Source: Lama guanicoe
Taxonomy: Eukaryota
Assembly (NCBI GenBank): GCA_013239625.1
Contig: MU053810.1
Location: 1,125,320 to 1,189,319, forward strand
Direction: 5' to 3'
Length of the DNA: 64,000 bases
Of the stretch, positions 40,618 to 54,165 are shown piece by piece. The position numbers were made by a program, and so were the translations under genes. Below the pieces are notes generated by a model, which was given only the letters and a program-made list of their open reading frames with translations, had not been told where the DNA came from and made no database searches. The stretch's first letter is position 1, and each line of letters opens with the position of its first letter.

Positions 40618-42732
40618 TAAAATGGAATGGTCAGAACCAGACCAAAAAATGAGTTTGAATGAGTTCATCTTGGAATATGTGAGGGAGGGAGAAAGTGAAC
40701 TAAGGATGACAGGTAAGGATTGTCAGAGCTGTTGAAAGAATGCATGCTGTGGATAAAGTCCATCAATGCTGGAATTTTGGAAAGCACTGGAAAATGTCAT
40801 GATTATTATCCATAACCATGGATAGAAGAAAAGAAGGGAAATATTGGTTGCTTTCACTCAAAGACTTTATTCCTTAATGAATTTATGGGAATTTCAGCAT
40901 CAGAAAGAGAAACAATAAAAGTAATATACAGTTAAATATTTCCAAAAAGTAATACTAGTCGTAGTTGGCACCATGATACCTTCATGGGAAAGGAAGGACT
41001 GAAATTGACCCATTAAAAAGTAGACTTTGTAGAACCAAGAAGAAAAAATGATTTGACCGTTGTGCTGTGGGAATCTGAAGAAAACATTTGTGACGTGTTG
41101 AACATACACATTTTTTTAATGAATCTTTATGTGATAACTGTGTATTTGCAAGGTCCTTCACTTTCCTTTACTAACTGTTTTCATGGTCCTCTGTTTCTAT
41201 TCCCCAAAGGATTCAAGTCAGCTAGACTAGGAGCTAAATTTAACTTTACATATGAACTAAGCACTCGGAGATGACTTCACAGAATCTTGCTTCTGAGAGA
41301 TTGATGAGTGAATAAATGTGCCATTTATTTATATTTGCAGCGAGAAATGCAATCACCGTAAGATCTGAATGCATGGATTCTGACTGATGTATTCCTTTAC
41401 GTCTGAACAGTGAAGGGAAAGTAAATTACACCTAGAAAGTTGCTAGCAGATCAAAGTATCAGGCTGGGAGACAATAACATGATTTAAATCTGTATTGTCT
41501 TCAAATTATAATATTCTTGTGTCCCTGTCTCCGCAGCAGAGAGCGAGCCCTAAGCCCGGGAAGGAGACATTAAATCTTTGCTCAGGGACTCCCCAGCAGT
41601 ACCTGTACTTGTTATGGGTGTTTTGTATGCCCCATCTGCATCCTGCCATTGTCACAGTCTTGATACATGTTGAACCTTTAGTTTGTCTTAGGAGCTTTCC
41701 TGTCTCATCTTAAATTGATTTCATTGTTGAACTCTCAGGGACTGATCTCATCTCTCTTCCCTCTTCAGGCACATTTGATAGATTTTTTGCAAGAAAGTGA
41801 CACAGTCAGATCTGAGTTTGAGAGACGTAACTGAGTACTCCAGGATGGATATATAGCAAATCATACAAAATTATATTAAACTTTAGTTTGGCAAATAGTT
41901 GCGTTTTAATCAAATATATTTTTGATGTCTTCCAAGTTATTCAATATTTGCCTAAAAATACAACCCTAACACACCAGAATTTGTATGTGTTGAGTCCGTA
42001 TCTATAAATCTATCTCTATACCTCCAAAGATAGTCTGAAATTTGCAAATCTGTTCTAGTCTTAGAAAGCTAGTTAAAAATTGAAAATGAAATATGTAGAA
42101 TTCCAGTTCCTCTGAGAATATTCAGAAGACTTTTTTTTTTATACTGTAGTAACTAAGGATTTCATTCATCTCTATTTTTCCCTGGTCCCAGAACTATAGT
42201 CCCCACTGTTTTAAACATCTGTGTGAGAATAATGAAGTATGTCTAGAAGAAATGTCAAAAAATTAATGATAAATGGTTCATTTTATAAATATTTATGATA
42301 TAGATTGAATACAAAGAAGTGAGGAAAGGTCATGCTGGAAATGATTGGGTCTCTCATTATAAAAATAGGTTTATCAGGTCAGCAGAGTGACCTTGACCTT
42401 GTCACTTGACCTGTGGAATACCTTCAGGCAGAAAAAAAAAAAGTCACATTGGAGATTTTTCTTCCTTTGGGGGAGGGTGAGGTGTAGGGAAGAATGCAGA
42501 CACGAATGAGGGAAGAGATCAAATCTCTGAGTAACTTTGAAATTTCCAGTGAAAATACCTCTTTAGAAGAATTCGGTACTTAACAGATTTTATTCACTCC
42601 TGCTGCCCTGTGACTGGGTAGCGTTGTTATCAAGTGTTCTCTGAAGAATTGGAGTGGTTAGATGTTTGCATGTTAACCAGATGGCATCCTTCAAAAAAAT
42701 GGCCTCAAGAAGATAAAAAAGTGTTTACTGTG

Positions 42733-42874
42733 GGGGAGGGTGTAGCTCAAGTGGTAGAGCGCATGCTTAGCATACACAAGGTCCTGGGTTCAATCCCCAG
42801 TACCTCCTCTAAAAATAAAGAGGTAAAACCTAATAACTTCCCCTGCCAAAAAAAAAAAAGTTGAAAAAAAAAAG
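42733..42874 (+). mobile_element. Full-length tRNA-Ala-derived SINE (camelid Vic-1-like) with A tail and 14-bp TSD
   Basis: ggggagggtgtagctcaagtggtagagcgcatgcttagcatacacaaggtcctgggttcaatccccagtacctcc with A and B boxes intact; TSD aagtgtttactgtg at 42719-42732 and 42875-42888. Confidence 0.93.
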
Positions 42875-44247
42875 AAGTGTTTACTGTGACATAAATCATA
42901 TGCCTTATGATTTCTGCACATATAAGACAAAACAAGGCAGAACTCAGTCTGTGACTGCAGGGGGTCCAGAGAGACATGTGCTGTGCCTTTTGGGTCATTT
43001 TCTCTCTTGCCTGTTGACACTGCTCCAGAGCCTGGCCTCTCACCCTTTTTATTTCTTACCGTGTGCCACCCAGATTTGACCAGTCCTCCCCGGACAAGTC
43101 ACAGTGGTCGTAGAGCTCATGTTTTCCAGCATTAATGGGTTAATCAATAGAAGAACCATTTTTCGATCATGGAATAATACTTGAAGATTTCATCAGCTAG
43201 GAAATTTGCATGGAGTCACTTCAGTGGCCTCCTGATTCTGGATGCCCTTTGAAGTGTATATGGCCTATATTGTTCAATCACATTCTTTACCCTTTATTTT
43301 TATTTATTTCTTTGGAAAGTATTCTCCATATTTATTTCCACAAATGTCAGATCTCCATTCTTTACCCTTTAAACAAGTTCACTTTTCTTTCTCTGGAATT
43401 TAGTTAATATCCATGAATGCTAATGTTTCTGAAGTGTCATTTTCCTGTGTGAAGATCACCCACCATTCCTGTTTCCCCTCATTCATAAAAATAAGAAGAC
43501 AAAAGCTTAAAAACACTCTGAGTTCCTGTTGTTCCTACTCATACTCTTCCTCCTCCTAGAATTTCCCCTGACCCTCTCCGTCCGTGTAACAATCACTGAA
43601 CATCTGGTACATTCCCTCTTTGTAACGTTGAAATGTTAATCCCTGGAATTGCTTTTATTACTTTTTGCTTGGGGGAAAAACTCCCAAGTCTGCTTTTCTA
43701 AAGTATTTCAAGTAAAATTTTAGAAATTGCTGTTCTGGTGGCTTTGCTATATATAGTAGAGCCCTGAGGATCTTGTCAAACCGAAAATGTGTTTCAAGTG
43801 CACGGATGTGTTGGAATCATCAATAGGACACTCTGCTCTTTGAAAGAAAATGATTGAAGTTTCATGAGATTGGAAATGATTTTCTTTAGTACCTGATACT
43901 TCTTAATCGTGAAGAGTCTTCATATATAACACATAACTTTTTAATGATATTTTTATTCCTTTGGATTTTAAGAGTTTATGGAGGAATCCTACTTCTGTAA
44001 GTCACAGGAAGGCAGTAAACGCTGCTCATTTTTTCAACTGAATTTCTATTTGATCCTTTCTGTACCATCTTTCATATATTGTAACATGTGATTTAAGGTT
44101 GGCCCAACTTCATGCATTGGTGGAGGACTCCTGGGGCAATGGAACATACAGATCTAGATTTTTCCTTCTGGAATCTGTTAATAAAGGAGAGGGCAATAGG
44201 ATATAATTGAAAACAAGACGGAATTGATTGTATGAATTAATTTATAA

Positions 44248-44568
<321 letters not shown>

Positions 44569-47289
44569 TAATTTGTTTGTTTGGTGTTTTTACAGAGTAG
44601 AAGGTGGCAAGGAAGGAAATGGAAAAGAAGTGACAGAAACACCTAGGAAATCATTGTTTTCATAAAGAGAAACTCTTTTTGCATCTAAAAAGTTATCTTT
44701 TAAGTCTTTACTTCTAAAATTGTCTTCCAATATTTTCTCCAAGCTATTTACCAGTTCCTGAGTTCTTAGTTTAGTCAATTTCTTAGGTCAATAAAATAAG
44801 ACCCCTTTTCCTTTCAGTCTGAAGCAGAATTCAATCCTTAACAAATATCAGTTCACTCTGAGTTAAATATAAGAATATCAAGAACAGACTATTTCAGTTT
44901 TAATTAGATGTTACTGTGGTTACATTGTTTACTTTATTCTTTTTAGACCCCTGGACATTCCCATTTGAAGAGTTGAGTTTATGTATTTAAATAATTTAGA
45001 TAATTGAATATGTGCATCCACTCTTTTCGCCTAAAATTTCCTTTGGTAATTTGTCTAAAGAATTATATTAAAATGTTGAGTTGGTCGATGTTCAGTGTAA
45101 TACATACAGTGACGTTGTAAGAAGTGGAAATAGTAAGTAGCAGTAATTCATAGAATATGTTAGAGATGTGAGATGAAAATAAATGGGGTATGTTTTATTA
45201 AGACAAAAAAGAGCAAATTTTATCAGCTGATAATACGTCACATATTAATATTTAAGCCATGGGTTTAGTGTTGAAAATAAAAGTGCCATTCCTTTTGTAT
45301 CTAAATTATATTTCATAATTAACAAAAACAAGTACTTTAGGGAAAATGAACTAATTTTAGCTTTTAACGTGGTGGATTTGCGCTGACTTTTAACGTGGTG
45401 GGTGAATGGGGAGTATTTCTGTTTCTGCTTTAACTTCCTCATTCATTTCGAAAGGAGTGTTTTAAACTGGTTAGAGAAAGTTTCCGATGAATATTTCCCC
45501 ACTGATGAATAGTTAAGCCAGGCTCTTTACCTTGGGTTTCCAGCGCTGTATGGAATCATACAGAGGAAAGCAGACGTTGAAATTGAAGACTGTTGAGGAA
45601 TAAGTATACCTGTGTGAATTTAATGTGAAAGCATTTCAGACACGTCACACTGATCTACGTCCTTGAGAAAGGCTTTGCCTTCCGTTCTGTGTAGGTTTCC
45701 TGGCAGCCACTAATTCTTGTGCAGATCTGCCTTTTGACTAGTAAATGTTGATCATAATAAGAGGTAATCTCATAGCATCCAAGTAGTGAGGGAGCAAAAG
45801 TTTTATGTTGAACCATTTCAAACTTTAAAGAACAGCTACTTTGGGATATCAGAGGACCAAACCAATCTCACTGCAAATTTTAAATTCTTAAATCTGTGAA
45901 ATCTGAAATAAAGTTACTTAAAGTAAAAAAAAAAGGCTTCCAAAAGGGAAATTTTAAAATATGTACATTTAAATGGTACAAATTAGATATTAATTATAAA
46001 ATTAAGGACATGTATTAATATCACTAGAGTTCTTTGTATATACTTACGATATTTGAGGTGTTCTATTATAATTTTTGATGAATAGAAAATAAAAGAATCT
46101 CTGCTCAGTATGGTAAAGGAGACCAGGAAAAAATATTTCAAATAACTCTATAGTACATTGGGTATAATTAAGTGCCAGGAAAATATATGTATAAAACTTT
46201 AGGAGGATGCAAAGAGGATAAAACATCCAGTCAAGGGTAGCTGATTTGAGGCTGCTGTACAGGGTGGGCAGGAATTTGGAACCACACTTGGAGCTCATAA
46301 GGAAGGAAAGATCCCCTCAGTTTGAAGGGCAGGGAGACCAAGTGGGAGCAGTGGGGCCGTACAGTGAATGTGGTGGGAGTGCACTGCGGGCAGACCCCGA
46401 GGTCAGAGACACAGCCGAGACCATGTCTTGAAGACTGTGGGCGTGGACTGTGGGCGGTAGTTTGACTGAAGCAGGCACTTGAGATACTGTCCTTTGTACA
46501 GCTAACCTGGGCCTGAGCTGGGAGCTGCACTGGGACCGCCTTGAATGTTAATTTGGTTTTGTTTTTTTCCCAAAATGCACATACACTGAACGTATATTGA
46601 ACGGTCTTAGAGAACAAGCCCACAAAAAAAAGAAAGAATGAATTAACACAAAATGAGCCAAAAAGAGAAACCGTATTTATTCATAGAAGGTGTGATAACT
46701 GGTAGGGATGTCTGCAGTAGAAAGGTTCCAAGCAAAGTCAAAACAAAACAAATGAACAAACAAAAAACAACAACAAAAAAAACCCAAATCAAAACTGAAA
46801 AACAAACAAAAAAACCCAAATGACTTTATTTATATTATTAGGAGCACTCTGAAAATTGAGGCAAAATAATTTAATGTTTTCACAGCTATGTCAGCTGTGA
46901 TACTTACATTCAAAAGCAGCAAATGCGAACAGAATGCTTATGGTGTTAACATTCCTATAAACGATTTGATGTACCTTTAATTGTGTGTCCAGAAATTAAA
47001 AGTATATGCCTTTCTTTTGGTAAAAGCGAAAAGCTGAACATTTTTAGACTCGAAGTGTGAAGTGATTCAGAAAAACTATGACTTCACTGTGAGCACAAAG
47101 AACTCAGTTGGAGTCTCTGACATTTTAAAGGAAGTACACATACATGGATGTAAGTATATACATAAATATTTGTACATACTGGGGGCAGTATCTTGAACAA
47201 ATGAACAGAAAAAGCCAAACTGCTTTTTTTGATCTTCATGAAAGTGGGTGCAGGAGAATTCAGCGATATCATGGATGTTTAAGAGAAGT

Positions 47290-47575
47290 TTAATGTGAGT
47301 CACAAATATAAGCCACATGTGTGATTTTATATTTGCTAGCAGTTACGTTTTTAAAAAATGAAGTTAATTTTTATAATATATGTGTGTTAACTCACTATGT
47401 CAAAGCATTATCATTTAAACACAAAAGCAGTGTGATAATAAGATATTTTATATTCTTGTTTCCATACTAAATCTTTAAATCCAGTGTATATTTTATACCT
47501 GCAACACATCTTAATTCAGATAGCCACATTTTGAATGTTCAGTAGCCACTCATGGCGGCTACCCTAGTCAGCCCA
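47290..47575. mobile_element. MER33/MER3-like hAT-Charlie element
   Basis: catactaaatctttaaatccagtgtatattttatac..cacatcttaattcagatagccacattttgaatgttcagtagccac. Confidence 0.8.
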
Positions 47576-47754
47576 GGAGATGAAATGAATACTGTAGGTC
47601 ATTTTCAGGTCTGTCCCTGACAATGGGGTTCCATTAGTCAGGGTAAAATTTGTGAATTCCGAAGAATGTAAATTGTGTTCTTATTTAAATAGAAGCACAG
47701 AAAAATACCGCATACCCCCAAGCTAAATGGAAAAGCAAAGTTACCATGTTCTAG

Positions 47755-47950
47755 TGGACTAGGTACTAATTCCAGATTCTTCTTTCTAGCTATGTGTTGT
47801 ACATCTTCTCTGAGACTCCATTTCCTTGTCTGTAAAGCAGAGAGAGCCTATTTCTTAGGTCCTTAGGCCCTTAAAAATAAAATGAGGTAATCAGCTATAT
47901 AATTTCCCTGGTCTCAGGTCTGGTATGTGGTAGATACTTATTCAATAAAA
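47755..47950 (+). mobile_element. MIR SINE
   Basis: ctagctatgtg...tctctgagactccatttccttgtctgtaaa...tagatacttattcaataaa. Confidence 0.7.
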
Positions 47951-49164
47951 ATCACATCCTCTGACATGATGCTCTATTTTGGGCATCTTTGCCAGTGTTC
48001 TCTAGATGGTGTAGACTTTCAAGAGTAAGCCTCTATTATTTGCATTTTATTAAGAATATATTTCCAACATGTGTTTCAGCAAAGTTACCTTTCTTGCGGA
48101 GGTCACAAGCATGTGATTATTTTATATACATTATAAACATTCAGTCTTATCTATTGAAAAATCTCTTTCACTCAGTATTTTTGATATCATGAATGATGTG
48201 TAATGGATGTGTGTATCTTTGAAATGCTGAATGTTTCTCAATAGTGTAAAAACACTTAACTCAGGACTTTCGCAGATTGAAGGAGAGTAAATAGCATTAT
48301 GTTCTACAAGCTGTGGCTACATCCATTGAACTTTGGGAAATAACTTTAGTTCACACACACTTTTCATCTCTATTCACATGCGTAGGCTAACAACGCTTGT
48401 CAAGGACAGCTTAAAATAGGAAACACGAGAAGAGGCAAAAACATACATATTTAGGGAGATGCTTTTGAACTGAATCTGAAATCAGCGATTCTAATCAGTC
48501 AAATAAGACCCAGAGCTTTATTAGCAAAAGTAATATTAAGTTATTATTGCATCTCTAGAAGTTACATTTAAGAGCTTATTTTAATGGCAATTTTGTTAAT
48601 TGCTAAATGATGATGGATAAAAATAATTGTTTAATGAATTTTAATAAGGAAAAGACAACCAAGATTCCTCTTCTAAATGTTCATATGCAAATTTAGCCAG
48701 TATCATAGTCTCTGTGTTATTGGCAGAAATTTAATAAACATTTTAAGTGTAATAAAGACAGGGATCAAGTATTAATTTGTGTGTGTGTGTGTGTGCGTGT
48801 GAGTTTTAAATCCTCCCAGTAATTTCCAAATATGAGTTATACAACAAATATATTTTGGAATATAACATGACAATCAAGTTTTGCTTAAAAAAATGCATGT
48901 AAGGCAATGGGGGCTGAGTGGATTAGCTTCTCTTTAAGGTCAAGTATGTCCCTGAAATTCTTGGCGGTACTTTCAAAGGCTGGTACCCACTCATGAGGAT
49001 ACTGGCATAGCAACTAAGAGTCCTGAGGTGGGGAGATCTGTCTGATTGTAGTTGACGCTCTAATTTAGTGAACTGTTTTATACTATTATTTTATACTATA
49101 TATTTATATGCATATATACTGTTTGCACTATATATGCATAGTGCAAAGTGTGTGTGTTTGAAGT

Positions 49165-49372
49165 TTAAAGAGATAGATGAAATTGGACTTTTGCCCTGCT
49201 TACTGCCTCTGTATTGTCATCTGATCTACTTAACTTCTCTAATTCTTACCTTTCTTACCTGTAAAAATGGGACTATTTGAATCTATGTCTGAGTGGTTTG
49301 AAAAATAATTGACATAATATACAGTATGTTTTAAATGGTAGTTGGTAGACAGTCGGTGTTTAGTTAATGTAC
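49165..49372 (+). mobile_element. MIR SINE
   Basis: tacttaacttctcta..tttcttacctgtaaaaatggga..gtagacagtcggtgtttagttaatgt. Confidence 0.7.
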
Positions 49373-50311
49373 TTTCCCTTTTTTCTCCCACCTCTCTTCT
49401 TCCCTGCTGGGAGATTATGAAATTAAACTGTACATAAATTGAAATTTCTTAAAATCATATTGTATACTTGCTGTTTTTCCTGCATCTTGTCCCATTCATT
49501 GCTTAAAGCAAGGGTTCAGACCTTCCTTACCCCGCCCGTTCCCTTTGAAGAAATTGCTCTCACAAAGCCCCAAAATGCTAAATTCGCTAGTTTCACTTAT
49601 TATTCATAATACGTGATGGAGAGGAAAGAAATGGTACCGAGATTCACAGAATTTGGTGACTTGCATGTGTTGTGGGTAGGGAAGAGGACAGTTCATTTTA
49701 CATAAACAAGCTTGCTCCACAGAATATATTCCAAATCAATATTCTCCCAGTAGAATATCTCTTGATTTTTAGTACTCAAATTCATGGAATGCCTCTCTCT
49801 CTCTTTACTCTGGTTTTTATTTTTTTGGGGGGTTTAATATTTATATTGGAAAATATTTATATTGGAAAATTTATGTGAAAAAGATAATCACTCCAAACTC
49901 AATAGAATAATGTTTATGCAATGTATTGTACAGGAAAAAACCTCAAGTTCCATTCCAAATACAATCGGTAGACAAAAATATTTTGAAAATTTTGTGCAGT
50001 GGCCAGAGCATGTTCATCGTGGCCGTTGCTATGGTGAGGAGAAGCATGGTGGTAGCATATGCACTAGAAGCCGTAATTTAATTTGTGTATTTGTCCCGAA
50101 TATGTTTCTCCAGTGTCTTTCATATGCAATCATGTTTTTATCTAATTTGAACCATGAATTCCCCTAGAAATTGAGGAAGTGTTGAAGAAAATTGTGGCAA
50201 GGAAAGGGAAGCAACTTAAAAAAAAAGAGAGAGACAGATTACAGTGTAAGAGAAGATAAAAGAATGTAACATGTTAACCAAGGAGAGCTGGCTTTGAAGA
50301 GGTAGATTTTA

Positions 50312-50415
50312 TTTTATTTTTTAATTGAAGTACAGTCAATTACAATGTGTCAGTCTCTAGTATACAGCATAATGTCCCAGTCATGCATATATGTACGTAT
50401 ATTCGTTTTCATATG
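50312..50415 (-). mobile_element. Very short (~100 bp) L1 3' end with 18-bp TSD
   Basis: ttaattgaagtacagtcaattacaatgtgtca...; TSD ttgaagag[g/a]tagatttta at 50294-50311 and 50416-50433. Confidence 0.88.
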
Positions 50416-50719
50416 TTGAAGAGATAGATTTTAAAAAATAATTGAAGAACTCTTAGACTATCACATTGAAGGATTCACTACCAAGTTTGTTCATGTAAAC
50501 ATGTAATGATAGTCTAAGACCCAAAGCACCAGCTAGTCAAAATGATAGACATCACTAGCCGAAAAGAATTTATGGCTCTTGTAAATACAGTGATAAACAT
50601 AATACTTTTATTGGTATTCCTCTGTGTTTCATTTGCATTTTTAGAACTTAGTTGGGGTTAAATGGGTAGATATATAATGCATTATAATTCTTTGTTTTTA
50701 AATAATGGGAAAATGGCTT

Positions 50720-50782
50720 ATTCTTTTGGTTTCTTCCCTTGTGATTTGATGAATACCTTTAATGTTGTTTGGATTCCTTTCT

Positions 50783-50821
<39 letters not shown>

Positions 50822-52120
50822 AATGTTTGGATTCCTTTCTCTTTTGTGTGTGTGTGTGTGTGTTATCAGTTGTAGGTTTTTGGTTTGTAATTACCATGAG
50901 GTTCACATATATTGACCTTATACGTGGCAGTCTATTTTAAGCTGTTTTAGGTTTGAACACATTCTAAAAGCACTATGTTTTTACATCATCCCCGACATTT
51001 TGTGTTTTTGATGTTATATTTTACATCTTTTTATTCTGTGTATCCTTTAACTACTTATTTTAGTTGTAGTCGATTGTAATAATTTTGTCTTTTAACTTCT
51101 GTACTAGCTTTCTAAGTGGGTCATGCATACCCTTCCTTTACTAAGTATTTGCCTTACCGGTGAAATTTTTTCTTTCATGTAATTTGTTATTTCTAGTGTG
51201 GCCTTTTCTTTTCCACTTAAAGAATACCCTTTAACATTTCTTATAAGACCAGTTGAGTGGTAAATGGATTTTAATTTTTGCTTGTCTGGGAAACTCTTTA
51301 CCTTTCCTTCAATTCTGAATGATAACCTTGCCTGATAGAGTATCTTAGTTTGGAAGTTTTTTTTCCCCCTTCTTCTCAGCACTTTAAGTATATCCTGCCA
51401 CTCCCTTGTGACTTGTAAAGTTTCTGCTGAAAAATCAGCTAATAGTTTTATGGGGTTTTCCTTACATGTGATTAGTAGTTTTTCTCTTGCTGCTTTTAAG
51501 ATTTTTCTCTTTATCTTTAATTGTTGTCATTTAATATCTTGGTGTAGATCTCTTTGGGTTCATCTTTTTTGGGGCTCTGAAATTCTTGGACCTGGATATT
51601 GTTCAAATAAGTTTTCTGTCCCTTTTTCTCTCTCTTCTCTTTTTGCGACCCCTGAAATAAATGTTGGTACAGTTGATGTTGTCTCAGGGGTACCTCATTT
51701 TTTAAAATTCTTTTTTCTTGTCATTTTTCTGATCAAGTTATTTCCATTTCTCTGCCCTCCAGATCTCTTATCTGTTACTCTGTATCATGTAATCTGCTGT
51801 TGGCTCCCTCTAGTGTTATTTTCGTTTCAGTCATTGTATTCTTTAGCTCTGATTGAGTCTTATATTTTCTTACTCGGCTTAAGTTCTCACTGAGCTCATC
51901 CATTTTTCTCTGCCAAGTTTGGTCAGCATTTTTATTACCATTCTTTGGAACTCTTCATCAGGTAGATTGCTTATCTCCATTTTTCTTACATCTCCTTGCA
52001 TTTGTATCTTGTTCTTTTGCATATTCCTCTGTCTCTATAATTTGTTTGATTTTCTGTGTTTGTTTCTGTGTATTAGGTGAAACAGCTGCCTCTCTCGTTA
52101 TTTAATGAGCAGTCTTGTAT
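50720..52120 (-). mobile_element. L1 ORF1 and inter-ORF region
   Basis: Antisense peptide KNFQTKILYQARLSFRIEGKVKSFPDKQKLK is the L1 ORF1p C-terminal domain. Confidence 0.9.
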
Positions 52121-52154
52121 GGGTGTGTGTTGGTAGCTCTTGGCTTTCATCAGT

Positions 52155-54105
52155 AGTGTATCTGGCTGTTTTTCTTAGCATAAGGTTTTTGAAATTTACT
52201 TACATTGTTTAGAGTGTCAATGATTTGTTTGTTTTCATCTGTGAATAGGATTCTATTGTACAAATATATCATAATGTGTTTCTCATTCTGTTGACAAACA
52301 TGATTATTTCAAATTATTGAATGTTACGAATTGAGCTGCTGTAAAAATTGTGTACGCATCTCTTTGTGGAAATGTATCTTCTCCTTGTAACTATCTAGGA
52401 CTGCTAAAACTTGGTCATAGGACAGATGTATGTCTCACTTTATAAAAAAACAACCAAATAGTTTTCAAAAATGATTATATCATTTAATAATGCTACCAGC
52501 GCTGTATGAGATTGCCAGTTGCTACTCATTCTAATCAATATTTGCTTTGTCTGTCTTTTTAATATTAGCAATTCTAGTGGGTATTAAATAACGTCTCATT
52601 ATGGTTTCAGTTTATTTTTTCCTGATGGTTTTTACTTGTGCTTTTGGTCATCTATATATATTCCTCTATGGACTGCCTGTTTAAGCATTTTTTTCCCCAT
52701 TTTTAATCTACTTTGTTTAATGTTGAATTATAGATATTTGTTACATAATCAGGATGTAAGTCTCAGCATATGTACGTGTCATGAAATTTTTTCTCAATGA
52801 ATGTCCTGTTTCTTTAATAGTGTCTTGATGATGAGAAATGCCCAATTTATCATTTTTTTTCTATAATGTTTGCTGCTTTCTTTGCCTCACTAGCAATCTT
52901 TCCTTACCCAAGGTCACAAAAATATTATTGTATGTTTTCTCATAAGTTTTAGAGCTTTAGTTTTTATATTTAGGTCTCTGATTTGTCAGTATTATATATG
53001 GTGTTCCAACATCATTGGTGTTTGAATCATTTGTTGAAATGATTTTTGTTTACCTATTTGATTACCTGGAAGCTTTTGTCAAAAATTAATCAATCACATA
53101 AGCATAGATCTCAAACTAGCGCTTTGTTCTCTTCTGTTGATTTATTTGTCTTAGCTTACTACCTGTTCTGCATCTTATGTATTTTAATATAAATGTTATT
53201 TGACTGCGATAGCGTCATATCTGTCAGTTTGGGGAAAATTGATATGCGAGTAATACTGACTTTTTCCTAACCATGGGCATGGTGTACCTCTCCAATTTTT
53301 CAACCATTGTTTAGTTTCTCTCAGTAGTACTTTATAGTTTAATTGCATAGCTCTTATCCACTTCAAAAATTTCCAACTTTTATATGTTTCAGTGCTATTG
53401 TTAGTGGTACTGTTTTGTTTTTATCTTATTGTACATGGAGGTTCATTGCTAGTATATAAAACCATAATTGACCTTTGTATAAGTTTATATCTTGGCAAAA
53501 TTCACATATTTGTTCTAATATTAGGCTTTTTCTAATTAGTTCTGATAGTAGTCATTGTTTATGACTTCAAATCATGGGACATGTGATTAAAAAAACACTG
53601 TTATTCTTCTTTTCCAAACTTCAAGCTTTTGTTTATTTTTCTTGATGGCTAGAATATCCAGGACAATATCGAGAATAAGTGGTGGTCAGATGCATGTTGC
53701 CTTGAGTCTGATTTTAGGGAGAAGCATTCGATATTTCTCCTAAATTAAGTGTGATGCTTGTTGTGCATTTTTTATGTACAGCTTTACCAGCTTAAAGAAG
53801 TTTTCTTCTATTCCTAATCCTCTAAGAGATTTAATCATGATTGGATATTACATCTTTTCAAATGCCCTTTTTGAATCTGAAGAAAATCTGTGATATTCGT
53901 CCTTTAATATTAAAAATGTGGGTGTTACATTAACTGATATTCAAATCTTAAGCCTTGAGTTCTTAGAATTAACCCTACTTGATTAGGATGTATTATCCTG
54001 TCTCCTGATGGCTAGATTTTAGCTGATAATTTTCTTAAAGAATTTTTGTGTTTATATTAGTGACAAGCATTGTTCTGTAACTTTCTGTTTTTGTAATTTT
54101 TCTTA
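52155..54105 (-). mobile_element. Old L1M ORF2 and 3' region
   Basis: ttctattgtacaaatatatcataat, ccttacccaaggtcacaaa, tgattttagggagaagcattc, aagttttcttctattccta. Confidence 0.82.
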
Positions 54106-54108
54106 TAA

Positions 54109-54165
54109 TGACCTCATCTTTGAGTGGTGACCTCATCTTTGAGTGGTGACCTCATCTTTATGTGG
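54109..54165. repeat. 19-bp tandem repeat x3 (tgacctcatctttgagtgg)
   Basis: Two perfect units and a third with two mismatches. Confidence 0.95.

Noticed and set aside
42735..42808. tRNA-Ala(AGC) gene
   Set aside because: It has a G-rich 5' extension, unrelated 3' body, A tail, TSD and diverged siblings, so it is a SINE.
46231..46623. 130-aa minus-strand ORF
   Set aside because: Non-ATG start, no recognisable motif, and explained by stop-codon scarcity in a GC-rich patch.
49836..49870. 16-bp AT-rich tandem duplication
   Set aside because: Ordinary slippage product with no further structure.
51408..51893. 161-aa ORF, the longest in the track
   Set aside because: Antisense frame of an L1 ORF1 region; Phe/Leu/Ser-rich from T-rich DNA with no domain signal.
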